Shown here: positions 1-8,800 of the stretch, one piece after another
How positions within the stretch are numbered: position 1 is the first letter of the stretch
Layout of the letters: every line of letters begins with the position of its first letter
Source of the DNA: a virus
IMG/VR virus record: IMGVR_UViG_3300028840_005764
Coordinates: 78,862 to 142,861 of that record
Strand: one strand, 5' to 3'
DNA: 64,000 nucleotides
Made by a program: the position numbers and the translations under genes
The notes under the pieces: model-generated
Told to the model about the DNA's origin: nothing
The model's input: the letters and a program-made list of their open reading frames with translations, nothing else
Databases searched by the model: none

Positions 1-657
1 AAACATATTGTATTTGTTGATGAAAATAGTATTGAAGACAACAGTGACGCTTTGCGTCAAAAGGTGCGTTCTCTAAACGATGAACATCAGGACTCATTGA
101 ATAGGAAAAATCTTTTGGAGTCACAGATCAAAACTGTTGAACAGAAGCTTGCAATAGCTGAATTTTGGGTTGTAGGTTTTGGGTCAAAAGGTTTAAAAAA
201 CTTTGTGATCAACGGTATATTAGGATTACTGGAACAGAGGACAAACGAGTACCTCAGTGAACTGACTGACGGTTATATGCGTGTGTCTTGGGAGAGTGAA
301 AAACAATCAAAAAAGACAAAGAAATCTATGGATAAACTTATGTTAAATGTGAAGACAGGTAATAGAGGATATAGAGAATATCATTGGTGTAGTGAAGGGG
401 AAAGATCCAGAGTTTGGTTGTCAACAGAGTTGGCATTAAATGAAATCAAAAGAACAACTGTTGATATAGGTCTGATAGATGAATGTCTTGATGGTTTGGA
501 TTCACAAGGCATTGTAAAGGCTGTCGAGTTAATAAGTGGCGAGAGTACGAAGAGAAAAATGATATGTATTTCACACAGAGAAGGTGTTGAAAAACATTTC
601 AGAAATAAAAAAGTAGTTATCATGCACAAGGGAACGTCAACGCTGCGCGCAGCATAG
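1..657 (+). CDS. SbcC/Rad50-like recombination ATPase, C-terminal part (5'-truncated by window)
   Basis: ABC signature-like CSEGE, Walker B IDECLDGLD and H-switch ISH follow a coiled coil. Confidence 0.85.
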   Translation, partial: KHIVFVDENSIEDNSDALRQKVRSLNDEHQDSLNRKNLLESQIKTVEQKLAIAEFWVVGFGSKGLKNFVINGILGLLEQRTNEYLSELTDGYMRVSWESEKQSKKTKKSMDKLMLNVKTGNRGYREYHWCSEGERSRVWLSTELALNEIKRTTVDIGLIDECLDGLDSQGIVKAVELISGESTKRKMICISHREGVEKHFRNKKVVIMHKGTSTLRAA

Positions 658-666
658 GGAGTAGAG

Positions 667-1233
667 ATGAAAGACCCAGCAGAATTGATGAAGTTGGTGA
701 ATTTCCAGAACATGAAGATCCGCGAGCTCGGCCTCAAGATCAACGAACTTGAGGGACAGGCGATTCACTTGTACCAGAACTTCGATGCTTTGGCCCAGTT
801 CTTGATCTACATGATTCAAAAGTTCGGAGAAGATCAAAGCGGTACTTGTTCGGTTGGCATTCCACTGGAAAGCCTGCGCTCGGTACCACCTGGAAGTTGG
901 GTTAAGACAGAGAACATCGAGGACATGAAGATCTTGACCGTGATGGAACATGATACGATGGAGGAGATTATGGGTCAGGGCGGCGGTGGTCCAGTGCCAT
1001 TGGCCGGTGCCACACCACCGGGACGGACAACACCTCCAGGACGTCCACAGCCTATGGCTGCCCCACCACCGCCGCCCCGCCCACCACGTCATTGCGCGCC
1101 ACCACCGCCTTCAGCGAAGATGGATATGGATGACGCCCCCACGTCAAAGCCATCAGTGCATGAGGTGACTTTGTCATCCCAGTCCGTGGTTCCGCAGGAT
1201 AGCAACCCGGCGCCCAGCACTGATGGTGAATGA
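667..1233 (+). CDS. hypothetical protein, proline-rich C-terminus
   Basis: 188 aa ORF in operon-like spacing. Confidence 0.6.
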   Translation: MKDPAELMKLVNFQNMKIRELGLKINELEGQAIHLYQNFDALAQFLIYMIQKFGEDQSGTCSVGIPLESLRSVPPGSWVKTENIEDMKILTVMEHDTMEEIMGQGGGGPVPLAGATPPGRTTPPGRPQPMAAPPPPPRPPRHCAPPPPSAKMDMDDAPTSKPSVHEVTLSSQSVVPQDSNPAPSTDGE

Positions 1234-1234
1234 C

Positions 1235-1462
1235 ATGCCGATCTACGACTATTATTGTGAGAAATGCCATCAGAGGTTCGAGGACTGGCATACACGGATG
1301 GATGACGATCCGGAGCCATGCCCAACGTGCGGAGCTCTCTCGCCGCGTGTGAGGCATACAAGCCAGAATCTGAAGAAGGTTGAATACGTACCTCCTCCGC
1401 GTGCGAAACGCAGATTTGGTGAACATCGGGCCTGGCACCATAAGCGTCCTAGGTGGGTCTGA
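1235..1462 (+). CDS. FmdB-family zinc ribbon protein
   Basis: MPIYDYYCEKC...CPTCG. Confidence 0.8.
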   Translation: MPIYDYYCEKCHQRFEDWHTRMDDDPEPCPTCGALSPRVRHTSQNLKKVEYVPPPRAKRRFGEHRAWHHKRPRWV

Positions 1463-2223
1463 TGGCGAAGAAACCGATTCCAGTCCAAGAACAGCGTCGT
1501 TTATTGGTCGAGAACATGAGATATTTACATCATGTTTTCACCAGTTACGATAAACAATGGGTGATGGGAATCGATCCATCGTTGAATCATACAGCTGTAG
1601 CAGTGCAAAAAATACGGAAAAAGCGTGTCAAAGTATCCAGTTCACCAGCTACAATACGAGATTCAAAGCAGAAAAAAACCGCTACACATCGAATCGCGCT
1701 TACCCGTCATTTCCTGATAAACCAGGTTCAAAAATACCCACCATTATTGATTGCGGTTGAAGGCTATGCCTACGGCCGCGCCATGAATCGTGAGCTGCTT
1801 GGAGAAGTCGGAGGTATGATTCGTCTGAATGTGTTTTGGGATCATCCAGATGAAGTTGGGCCGGTATTGATTGTTGGTGCCACGCAATTGAAAAAATTCA
1901 TTTTGGGTTCAGGAACAGTAGGAGGTGGTAAAAAGACAAAACAATTAATAATTATGAATGTGTTTAAGAAATGGGGTATTGAAGTAGCTGATGATAATGA
2001 AGCTGATGCTATAGTGTTGGTTAGGATGGCAAAAGAATTCGTGAAATTTGTTTTAAAATTACATGATAAAATTCCGTCTGATGAAAAAGGATTACGTAAT
2101 TTTGTAAATAATGGATGGGAAGAATATGGATATAAAAAATATATATGGGAAATATTTTGTTCGTTTGTGATCAATAAAGGTAATAACCAGCTCTTTGATT
2201 TTTGTAGTGAAGGCAAACTATGA
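1453..2223 (+). CDS. RuvC-like Holliday junction resolvase
   Basis: GIDPS, IAVEGY and DNEADA acidic motifs. Confidence 0.8.
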   Translation: MGLMAKKPIPVQEQRRLLVENMRYLHHVFTSYDKQWVMGIDPSLNHTAVAVQKIRKKRVKVSSSPATIRDSKQKKTATHRIALTRHFLINQVQKYPPLLIAVEGYAYGRAMNRELLGEVGGMIRLNVFWDHPDEVGPVLIVGATQLKKFILGSGTVGGGKKTKQLIIMNVFKKWGIEVADDNEADAIVLVRMAKEFVKFVLKLHDKIPSDEKGLRNFVNNGWEEYGYKKYIWEIFCSFVINKGNNQLFDFCSEGKL

Positions 2224-2774
2224 AAATTAAGAGAAGGCCTAGAAAAATTTATAGAATTCCAAAAGAATCTTTGAAAAAAGGATGTGTTCTTGAGAGTAAA
2301 TACTTTCCATATAAGTTGTTAATGTATATTATCAAATGGGGTATACCATATAATTTATATTCCAATAACAAAATGTATTATTTGAATATATTGGGTAAGG
2401 CGAAATACAAAAGAGAGAAACATTTTAATAGAAAGCCAAGAAGTTATTCTTCATGCGAGCCAATTTATAATAACGGCGTTAAACCTAAAGACAAAGACCC
2501 AGTTTTATATAAACAATATAAACAATTGAGAGAATGTTTTATTAATAAGGGTAGGCCATTACATGTTTACTGTGAATATGACATGCATCAGGTATCTTTG
2601 GAAACTTGTTTTTGCAGGTGTGATAAAGAATGTTCTTCGCTGCGGCCTCGCTGGTTGGTTGGGGAAGATGATGGTTTGTACAGTTATATGAATGATTTTA
2701 TGAAATTGCAGAGGTTGGTCAATTTGTTGTACGGCACCGTTAGAAAACGTGACATAGAACCAACCAATCAATGA
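2220..2774 (+). CDS. hypothetical protein
   Basis: ATGA overlaps with neighbours. Confidence 0.55.
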   Translation: MKIKRRPRKIYRIPKESLKKGCVLESKYFPYKLLMYIIKWGIPYNLYSNNKMYYLNILGKAKYKREKHFNRKPRSYSSCEPIYNNGVKPKDKDPVLYKQYKQLRECFINKGRPLHVYCEYDMHQVSLETCFCRCDKECSSLRPRWLVGEDDGLYSYMNDFMKLQRLVNLLYGTVRKRDIEPTNQ

Positions 2775-3073
2775 AGAGTGAGCGTGAAAATTTTACCGAA
2801 GGTGAAAGGGATATGTGTCGTTATTTATTGGCGGTTGCAATCAAAGATGCTGTCACCAATAGTAACAAACAATATGATATGAAGTGTAAACGTGATGCAG
2901 TAAGATGGTTAAAATCTGATAATGAAATGGGGTTCTCATTTATAAATGTTGTGTCTTTCTTATTTGGGGATCAATTAGATTATTCTTGTTTGAGGAAAAG
3001 GATATTAGAACTAATTGAAGAAAAATCAGTCACAGCAGATGACGCCAACATTGAAAGATTAATAGATGCATGA
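2771..3073 (+). CDS. hypothetical phage protein
   Basis: coupled ORF. Confidence 0.55.
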   Translation: MKSERENFTEGERDMCRYLLAVAIKDAVTNSNKQYDMKCKRDAVRWLKSDNEMGFSFINVVSFLFGDQLDYSCLRKRILELIEEKSVTADDANIERLIDA

Positions 3074-3629
3074 AATACCAAGACAATCCATTTGTAACAT
3101 GTGCCGCCTGTGGAAAACCAGGAGGCAAGTGGTCGTGTCTGACGGCGGGATCCGTGAATGCCGAGTGGTGGTTGTTGGTGAGGCACCTGGTGCTGAAGAA
3201 GACAAGAAAGGCAAACCTTTCGTCGGTAAGAGCGGTAGCTTACTTCGAAGTGCTATTCAGGAATCTGTCGGGATCGTATTAGGTACAGATGCGGTCGTTC
3301 TCAATACTGTCAGCTGTAGACCACCCAATAATAGAGACCCCAAGGATGATGAGAAAGACGCATGTTTGAATTGGTTGCGTCTCAATATACGCAGGATCAA
3401 ACCGAGGATAGTATTATCTGTTGGCAAACATGCGGCGGCTGTATTCACCCCTGAGAGAGATAGAGGTTTATTTTTCAGTAAGCGATACTTATATGAGATG
3501 TGGCGCGAATATGGATTCATTATGATGCATGTGTGGCACCCTGGTTATGTTCTAAGAAATCGAACAAGTATGAATGAATGGTGTAGGCATTTGAAACTTT
3601 TCGGCGAAAGATTGTTGGAGTTGTCATGA
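3066..3629 (+). CDS. uracil-DNA glycosylase, family 4
   Basis: CxxC, VGEAPG..ED..G.PFVG.SG, CRPP.NR.P and WHP motifs. Confidence 0.92.
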   Translation: MHEIPRQSICNMCRLWKTRRQVVVSDGGIRECRVVVVGEAPGAEEDKKGKPFVGKSGSLLRSAIQESVGIVLGTDAVVLNTVSCRPPNNRDPKDDEKDACLNWLRLNIRRIKPRIVLSVGKHAAAVFTPERDRGLFFSKRYLYEMWREYGFIMMHVWHPGYVLRNRTSMNEWCRHLKLFGERLLELS

Positions 3630-3826
3630 TAATAAAATATGAATCTATATCTTGCCCAAAGTGTGGTTCTTATATATGTCAAAGTGTTGTAGTTAATACA
3701 TTGTTTTATGACTCAGGACCGGAATGTGTTCATGTTGGTTATTGTATATTTTGCAGACATTATTATGAAATAGATCCTATTGGCGAACGTCTAGTTGATA
3801 TGGGTTCAGTCAGTATAGCAAGGTGA
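3626..3826 (+). CDS. small Cys-rich zinc-finger protein
   Basis: CPKC...CIFC. Confidence 0.45.
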   Translation: MIIKYESISCPKCGSYICQSVVVNTLFYDSGPECVHVGYCIFCRHYYEIDPIGERLVDMGSVSIAR

Positions 3827-3830
3827 ACTA

Positions 3831-4109
3831 ATGCCAAAGACAAATATGAAACGTATGCGGCGTCGTATTAAACGCCATCGTAAAGAAAAAGAAGAATATG
3901 GAGGTCCTTTGATCGTTGTTGATGACGGCAATGATGTGAGATTCAATATTGGCAGTGGCAGGCTTGCTCCATGGAAAGGAGCATTGACTTCTGAGATGGC
4001 AACAGATCATGATGGTCGTGGTATTTTGAGGTGGATTATTGAAAAGAGTGATTTTGATGAGACTGCTAAAGAGATAATTACAGAGCAATTGGATTCGGTT
4101 TGGTTCTAA
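3831..4109 (+). CDS. hypothetical protein
   Basis: ORF with RBS-like AGGTG. Confidence 0.5.
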   Translation: MPKTNMKRMRRRIKRHRKEKEEYGGPLIVVDDGNDVRFNIGSGRLAPWKGALTSEMATDHDGRGILRWIIEKSDFDETAKEIITEQLDSVWF

Positions 4110-4432
4110 TATGAACAACGCAACCAGATATATATTAAGTTGTATTTTGCCAAGAACCCCTTCTTACATAGGTGGTAACTTTGCTATGACTACAAATGGT
4201 GCGTCAGAACCAGGGCCAATGGTTCGTTGCATAGATTGCGTTGAACGTAAGAAATGTAAACGTATATCTAGAAATGTTAATAAATATAAGAAAAGAGAAT
4301 GTAGATATTTTGTAATAGATTTAGTGAAACAATCTAATTATTATGCAAATAAAAAATGATATACGATACACAATTACTTGAATATACAATTTATTCACAT
4401 ATAATAATCTTTATTAGTAAGAGGAGGTTGCT

Positions 4433-4603
4433 ATGACCAGAATTCTTGGTTTGTTGTTGGTTTTTGTCGGTCTTTTGTTAGGTTGTCCGAAGAAAAGTGC
4501 CGTGAAACCGGCGGATGAAGAGCCGCAGCTCAAGGTGGATGGCGGGAAAGTTGAATCTCCACAGAAAGCGGAGATCGCGAAGGAAGATGCGGGGAAGAAA
4601 TAG
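4433..4603 (+). CDS. small lipoprotein (not in ORF track)
   Basis: GAGGAGG RBS; MTRILGLLLVFVGLLLGC signal peptide/lipobox; TAG at 4601. Confidence 0.6.
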   Translation: MTRILGLLLVFVGLLLGCPKKSAVKPADEEPQLKVDGGKVESPQKAEIAKEDAGKK

Positions 4604-4676
4604 CAGGGGTGGGAGGGTTCGAACCCCCGGCCCCCAGGACCAAAACCTGGTGTTCTACCAACTGAACTACACCCCT
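4604..4676 (-). tRNA. tRNA-Gln(TTG)
   Basis: cloverleaf; CCAGG-TTTTGGT-CCTGG; GTTCGAACC. Confidence 0.9.
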
Positions 4677-5007
4677 ATCTGTTATCACCACTTCCATTTA
4701 GTGCATCTCGTTGTTTTCTAGATGCTAATTTTTGTAGATTTTCAAATGCAACTCCTTCCATGTCTAAACCGAGCTCAGTACACATAGCAGCTATGTACCA
4801 AAGAACGTCACCAAGTTCTTTGCTTATTTCTCTTATTTTATCAGGAGTCATTATTCCATTGTTGTCACGTAATACTTTCTTTACTTTCTCGGCTACTTCT
4901 CCGGCTTCTCCCGTAAGACCAAGAACAGGATAAATATAGTTATTATAACGATTTGGATATTTGGCTGTTTCGAATGCACCTTCTTGATAATCGCGAAAAC
5001 TTAGCAT
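4675..5007 (-). CDS. MazG-like nucleotide pyrophosphohydrolase
   Basis: LGLTGEAGEVAEKVKK...ELGDVLWY. Confidence 0.9.
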   Translation of the reverse strand: MLSFRDYQEGAFETAKYPNRYNNYIYPVLGLTGEAGEVAEKVKKVLRDNNGIMTPDKIREISKELGDVLWYIAAMCTELGLDMEGVAFENLQKLASRKQRDALNGSGDNR

Positions 5008-5027
5008 GTTTTATCTCCTTATGTGAA

Positions 5028-5115
5028 TGGCGGAAGGGGAGGGATTCGAACCCCCGGAGCTTTTACACCCTCTTGTTTTCAAGACAAGTACCATAAGCCG
5101 CTCGGTCACCCTTCC
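5028..5115 (-). tRNA. tRNA-Ser(TGA), CCA encoded
   Basis: cloverleaf with long variable arm. Confidence 0.92.
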
Positions 5116-5127
5116 ACAAGAACAAGA

Positions 5128-5212
5128 CGGAAGGTAGAGGATTCGAACCTCTGGAGCTGTTACACCCTCACGCTCTCCAAGCGCGCGCCTTAAACCGCTC
5201 GGCCAACCTTCC
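5128..5212 (-). tRNA. tRNA-Ser(GGA)
   Basis: cloverleaf with long variable arm. Confidence 0.92.
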
Positions 5213-5220
5213 AAGATGAT

Positions 5221-5305
5221 CGGAAGAGAGAGGATTCGAACCTCTGAGGCTGTTACACCCACTTGTTTTCGAGACAAGCGCCTTCAACCACTCGGCCACT
5301 CTTCC
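5221..5305 (-). tRNA. tRNA-Ser(CGA)
   Basis: cloverleaf with long variable arm. Confidence 0.92.
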
Positions 5306-5306
5306 A

Positions 5307-5394
5307 TGGCGGAAGGTAGAGGATTCGAACCTCTGGAGCTGTTACACCCGCTGGTTTAGCAAACCAGTGCCTTCAACCTCTCGGCCAACCTTCC
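5307..5394 (-). tRNA. tRNA-Ser(GCT), CCA encoded
   Basis: cloverleaf with long variable arm. Confidence 0.92.
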
Positions 5395-5534
5395 CTTGTA
5401 TTATATTTGTGAGATTTTCTAATTCTTTGATTGTGAAATCAATTATATCTACCATTTCTTGTTGTGTTTTGCCAAGGCACAGCTGCCTAGTGAAACATTC
5501 GATCATAATTTTTGCTTGTTTGGTCCCCATAGTT

Positions 5535-5609
5535 TGCCCCTGGAAGGATTCGAACCTTCACTGCGCGGTGCTTGAAACCGCTGTCTCTACCAAGTTGGAC
5601 TACAGGGGC
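5535..5609 (-). tRNA. tRNA-Leu(CAA), short variable loop
   Basis: GCGGT-TTCAAGC-ACCGC; A73. Confidence 0.85.
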
Positions 5610-5723
5610 ATGATAACAAAAACAGCTTGACAATATCAGTGACTCAGTTATTATGGCGGCTTCGAAACACCGTAACCATCTTCTGCAGGCGCCCTGGAGA
5701 AACGTGGTTACGGTGTTTTGCTT

Positions 5724-5798
5724 TGCCCACCCTGAGATTCGAACTCAGACTTTCACGGACCTGAACCGTGTCCCTCTACCAAGTTGGGGTAGGTGGGC
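5724..5798 (-). tRNA. tRNA-Leu(CAG), short variable loop
   Basis: CACGG-TTCAGGT-CCGTG. Confidence 0.85.
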
Positions 5799-5804
5799 TG
5801 GGGA

Positions 5805-5924
5805 AGGTACTGGTCGGATTCTCACCGGCGGTCCACCGATAGGGCCATGGTGGTCACTCACCCAGTGCGTTACCGGGAGTTGCTTATTCTGGCCCATAGC
5901 GCGACCCGTCGCGCACGCAGTACC
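5805..5924 (-). ncRNA. tRNA-like RNA with GGTACTG/CAGTACC acceptor and expanded anticodon-arm region
   Basis: acceptor stem, CGCGAC/GTCGCG D-like hairpin, T-like arm GCCGG-TGAGAAT-CCGAC. Confidence 0.55.
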
Positions 5925-6035
5925 ACAGGAAATGCAGCAGCGGGACACCCCGGCGTCAGGATCTTGAGGCATCGGAACCGGGTCTAACATCCTCAAGTCT
6001 GTGTCCAGGCCACCTCGACCTCTCGACTGCTGCGA

Positions 6036-6120
6036 TGTGCGGGGGAGGATTCGAACCTCCATGTTTAGCCTGAGGCGGCAGGTTTACAGCCTGCTGGTTT
6101 CACCGTTCACCCACCCGCAC
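6036..6120 (-). tRNA. tRNA-Tyr(GTA)
   Basis: GCAGG-CTGTAAA-CCTGC; long variable arm. Confidence 0.9.
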
Positions 6121-6129
6121 ATAAATCAA

Positions 6130-6202
6130 TACTCGTGCAGGGATTCGAACCCCGAACATCCTGGTCCTAAGCCAGGCGCCTCTGCCGTTGGGCTACACGA
6201 GC
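6130..6202 (-). tRNA. tRNA-Leu(TAG), short variable loop
   Basis: CCTGG-CTTAGGA-CCAGG. Confidence 0.85.
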
Positions 6203-6240
6203 AAATGAGGTAATGAAATGTCGAAAGGAGGTAAAAAATC

Positions 6241-6327
6241 AGGTACTGGCAGGATTTTGGCTACCTGCGGTATGGTCTCTTGACCCTGCTTTGTGGCAGT
6301 CGACACCCGTGCCGATCCGCAGTACCT
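6241..6327 (-). ncRNA. tRNA-like RNA, probable paralog of 5805-5924
   Basis: same acceptor stem, 6-bp D-like stem, cloverleaf with non-canonical loops. Confidence 0.5.
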
Positions 6328-6329
6328 TT

Positions 6330-6608
6330 CTAGAACTTCTTCCCTCTACGCGCTTGGTGCTTTTGCCAACGTTTCCTCTGGCGCTCGAGGAAATCGTTTT
6401 TCAATGGCGCGAGCTCCTCCAGCACGATGTGGGAAGAGGTTTGGCTATCTTCAGAAAAAACCAACACCGTATCTTGATTTATATACGTTGTTGATTCTTT
6501 ACACCACATACATTCTTGTACCCTTATTCTCTGGTATTCGTCAATATAAACATTAAGCTGTGCGCCACAAACATTGCAATAATATTGTTTTGGTTCAATA
6601 GCTATCAT
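6330..6608 (-). CDS. hypothetical zinc-ribbon protein
   Basis: CNVC...CMWC. Confidence 0.45.
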   Translation of the reverse strand: MIAIEPKQYYCNVCGAQLNVYIDEYQRIRVQECMWCKESTTYINQDTVLVFSEDSQTSSHIVLEELAPLKNDFLERQRKRWQKHQARRGKKF

Positions 6609-6841
6609 TTCTTTTTCTCAATCTTTTTCATGACTTTCGCCATTCTTTTCTCTTGACCGTGAAAACATTTCATGATCTTTTTTAGTGCCTTTTTTGGGTT
6701 GTGGTGCATTATCTTACAATGTGTGCTTTGTTCTTCAGCTACCCATTTTTGATCTTTTTCGTGCCAGAAGACAGAGAATTGGTAGTTTTTTAAGAGAGGA
6801 TATTTCACTACACAGGCTCCACATCCCAAGCGACCATACAA
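6605..6841 (-). CDS. hypothetical protein
   Basis: coupled ORF. Confidence 0.4.
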   Translation of the reverse strand: MYGRLGCGACVVKYPLLKNYQFSVFWHEKDQKWVAEEQSTHCKIMHHNPKKALKKIMKCFHGQEKRMAKVMKKIEKKK

Positions 6842-7611
6842 GAGCCAGTGAGAGGAATCGAACCCCCAACATCTTCATTACAAGTGAAGCGCTCTACCGA
6901 TTGAGCTACACTGGCATACTCAAAATCACCACGTTCGATCGCCTCGAGATGTTTGATTGAAGGACGGCATTGGTTCAATGATTTGTTGTTGTTCAATACA
7001 CTCGTTGCAATCTTCGAGATAATATCCGGATCCGTCCAATATGACTGGCCTTTTTTCAATCTCAATTTCCGCACATGGTAACGGACAGCAGATTCTGACA
7101 GCTCTGTGACTCTGCAGATTTCTTTGACGGTAATTGTACCTGATTTCCAGATTATACCCATTGCTCTGCATTTTATTTCGATTGCTTTTCTGCTTCTTCC
7201 AAGGCGTTTGGATGCATATTTCAATGGCATTCTTCCGGCGAGAAAAAGTAGTAAATCTTCTTCTTTTTTTGTCCATGGTTTTACCTTAATGCCATGTCTT
7301 GATGGCATTATTTGTGCTTTCAAACCAAGTTTTTGAAGTTTGGTCCCAACAGCATTAATAGATCTATTCAGTTTTTCTGATATTTGTTTTTTTGTATGTG
7401 TTGGTAGAAGTTTTTTTAGTTGTTGAATTTCTTCATCAGACCACGGTGGATTATGTTTTAATTTTGCTATACCAAGTTGATTGACTTTGTTTTGTATTAC
7501 TTTATGGCTTCTATCTAAAGCTTCTGCAATTTCTTTTATTGATCTACGACCATGCCAATATCGTATGTAGTCGTATTCTTCTTCAGTGAATCTTCTTGAA
7601 TTATCACCCAT
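6808..7611 (-). CDS. Myb/SANT-like repeat HTH DNA-binding protein
   Basis: three repeats FTEEE/WSDEE/WTKKE...LxRS; 3' end runs through tRNA-Thr. Confidence 0.65.
   Translation of the reverse strand: MGDNSRRFTEEEYDYIRYWHGRRSIKEIAEALDRSHKVIQNKVNQLGIAKLKHNPPWSDEEIQQLKKLLPTHTKKQISEKLNRSINAVGTKLQKLGLKAQIMPSRHGIKVKPWTKKEEDLLLFLAGRMPLKYASKRLGRSRKAIEIKCRAMGIIWKSGTITVKEICRVTELSESAVRYHVRKLRLKKGQSYWTDPDIISKIATSVLNNNKSLNQCRPSIKHLEAIERGDFEYASVAQSVERFTCNEDVGGSIPLTGSCMVAWDVEPV
6843..6915 (-). tRNA. tRNA-Thr(TGT)
   Basis: CTTCA-CTTGTAA-TGAAG. Confidence 0.9.
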
Positions 7612-7859
7612 GATTATTCTTCACATTCATCGCAGATTTTTATATCTTTTTTAGCTTCTTTTTTTGTTAATTTATCACCGCAATATAAACAACATTTTGG
7701 ATGTGGTCTATTGTAATCTTTTTTCTTTGTTTTCTTTTCCATTATTTTACTCGCAGTCCCAACCCGCCCCCTACTACAACTTCAGGGGCGGGTTGGAATG
7801 TGCCCACGGAGGGGAAGGCACACATGCAGTATAACCGAGTCTCGTCTCATACAAAATGA

Positions 7860-7933
7860 TCCGGGTAGAAGGACTCGAACCTCCGACTTCCTGGTCCCAG
7901 GCCAGGAGCGCTACCAATCTGCGCCATACCCGG
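7860..7933 (-). tRNA. tRNA-Pro(TGG)
   Basis: CCTGG-CCTGGGA-CCAGG (C33 instead of U33). Confidence 0.85.
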
Positions 7934-7937
7934 TCGA

Positions 7938-8012
7938 TGTCCGTCCTGGGATTCGAACCCAGACTGGCAGCGCCCTCAACGCTGTTCCTCTACCTTGTTG
8001 GGATAGACGGAC
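7938..8012 (-). tRNA. tRNA-Leu(GAG), short variable loop
   Basis: CAGCG-TTGAGGG-CGCTG. Confidence 0.85.
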
Positions 8013-8263
8013 TAGAATGCCAGAGTTGGTGGTGTTCCATTGGTGAAGTACTCATACCATTCTTCTAACCAATCTCTTCTCACATCATCTGGCTCAATTA
8101 ATCTCCATGGTTTATTGCCTGTTTCTGGTTCTGGTGGCATTAACTTACAACAGAACACAGGGCAATATCTGCATATTGCTGATTGTCCATATTCATTAAT
8201 CTCATGTATATATAAACAATCTTCCGGACAATTATCAGGAAATTCTAATCCTTGAATATGCAT
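8012..8263 (-). CDS. hypothetical Cys-rich protein
   Basis: ORF in gene string. Confidence 0.45.
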   Translation of the reverse strand: MHIQGLEFPDNCPEDCLYIHEINEYGQSAICRYCPVFCCKLMPPEPETGNKPWRLIEPDDVRRDWLEEWYEYFTNGTPPTLAF

Positions 8264-8265
8264 TG

Positions 8266-8787
8266 TTATTCCTTTGGTCTTGGATATCTTTGTATTGATA
8301 CACTTGCTTTTCTTCTTGTCTCATGTTCATAACATTTGATGCAGATGCTGTGAGGCCAGTCGCCAACTCGTCTGAGTAGTGATACGAGACATGCGATTTC
8401 GGCTTTGGCGTTGTACGGTAGTAATATGTTTGGAGGCTTCTTGATGGTTATGGCTTTGCCAGTACTGCCGATGATTAGCAGCCCCCAGTTATCTGGGACT
8501 TCATGTTTTTCAATGATCCCCGCTGGTGCACAGTAGTAGCGGATTCTACCCATCCCCATCTCAGTCTTCTTCCTAAAGCTCTTTTTTTTGTCCTTTAGGA
8601 AATCAGATCTTGAGATCTTGCATTCAATAACTACGCTCACATTGCTACCAAATGCAAGTACGTCTGGTGACTCACGTGTCGTGCTAACAATTTCTGTTAT
8701 CACAACTGGATATTTTTTCTTGGCCCAGCGTGCAGCTTTTGCGATGACTTGTTCATGTGTGTAAGTGTACATGTATGTATATACCAC
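8266..8787 (-). CDS. PD-(D/E)XK nuclease-like protein (MmcB-like)
   Basis: ESPDV...IECKISRSDFLKD...WGLL. Confidence 0.75.
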   Translation of the reverse strand: MVYTYMYTYTHEQVIAKAARWAKKKYPVVITEIVSTTRESPDVLAFGSNVSVVIECKISRSDFLKDKKKSFRKKTEMGMGRIRYYCAPAGIIEKHEVPDNWGLLIIGSTGKAITIKKPPNILLPYNAKAEIACLVSLLRRVGDWPHSICIKCYEHETRRKASVSIQRYPRPKE

Positions 8788-8800
8788 AACGCTGAATTTT

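Noticed and set aside
5011-6213. ORFs overlapping tRNAs (5011, 5653, 5745, 6001; also 7798, 12608, 15917, 50228)
   Set aside because: These are translations of structured RNA genes.
5805-6327. tRNA-Sec or cobalamin riboswitch
   Set aside because: No TCA anticodon; only the GGTGAGAATCC loop resembles the riboswitch and the rest of the B12 core is absent.
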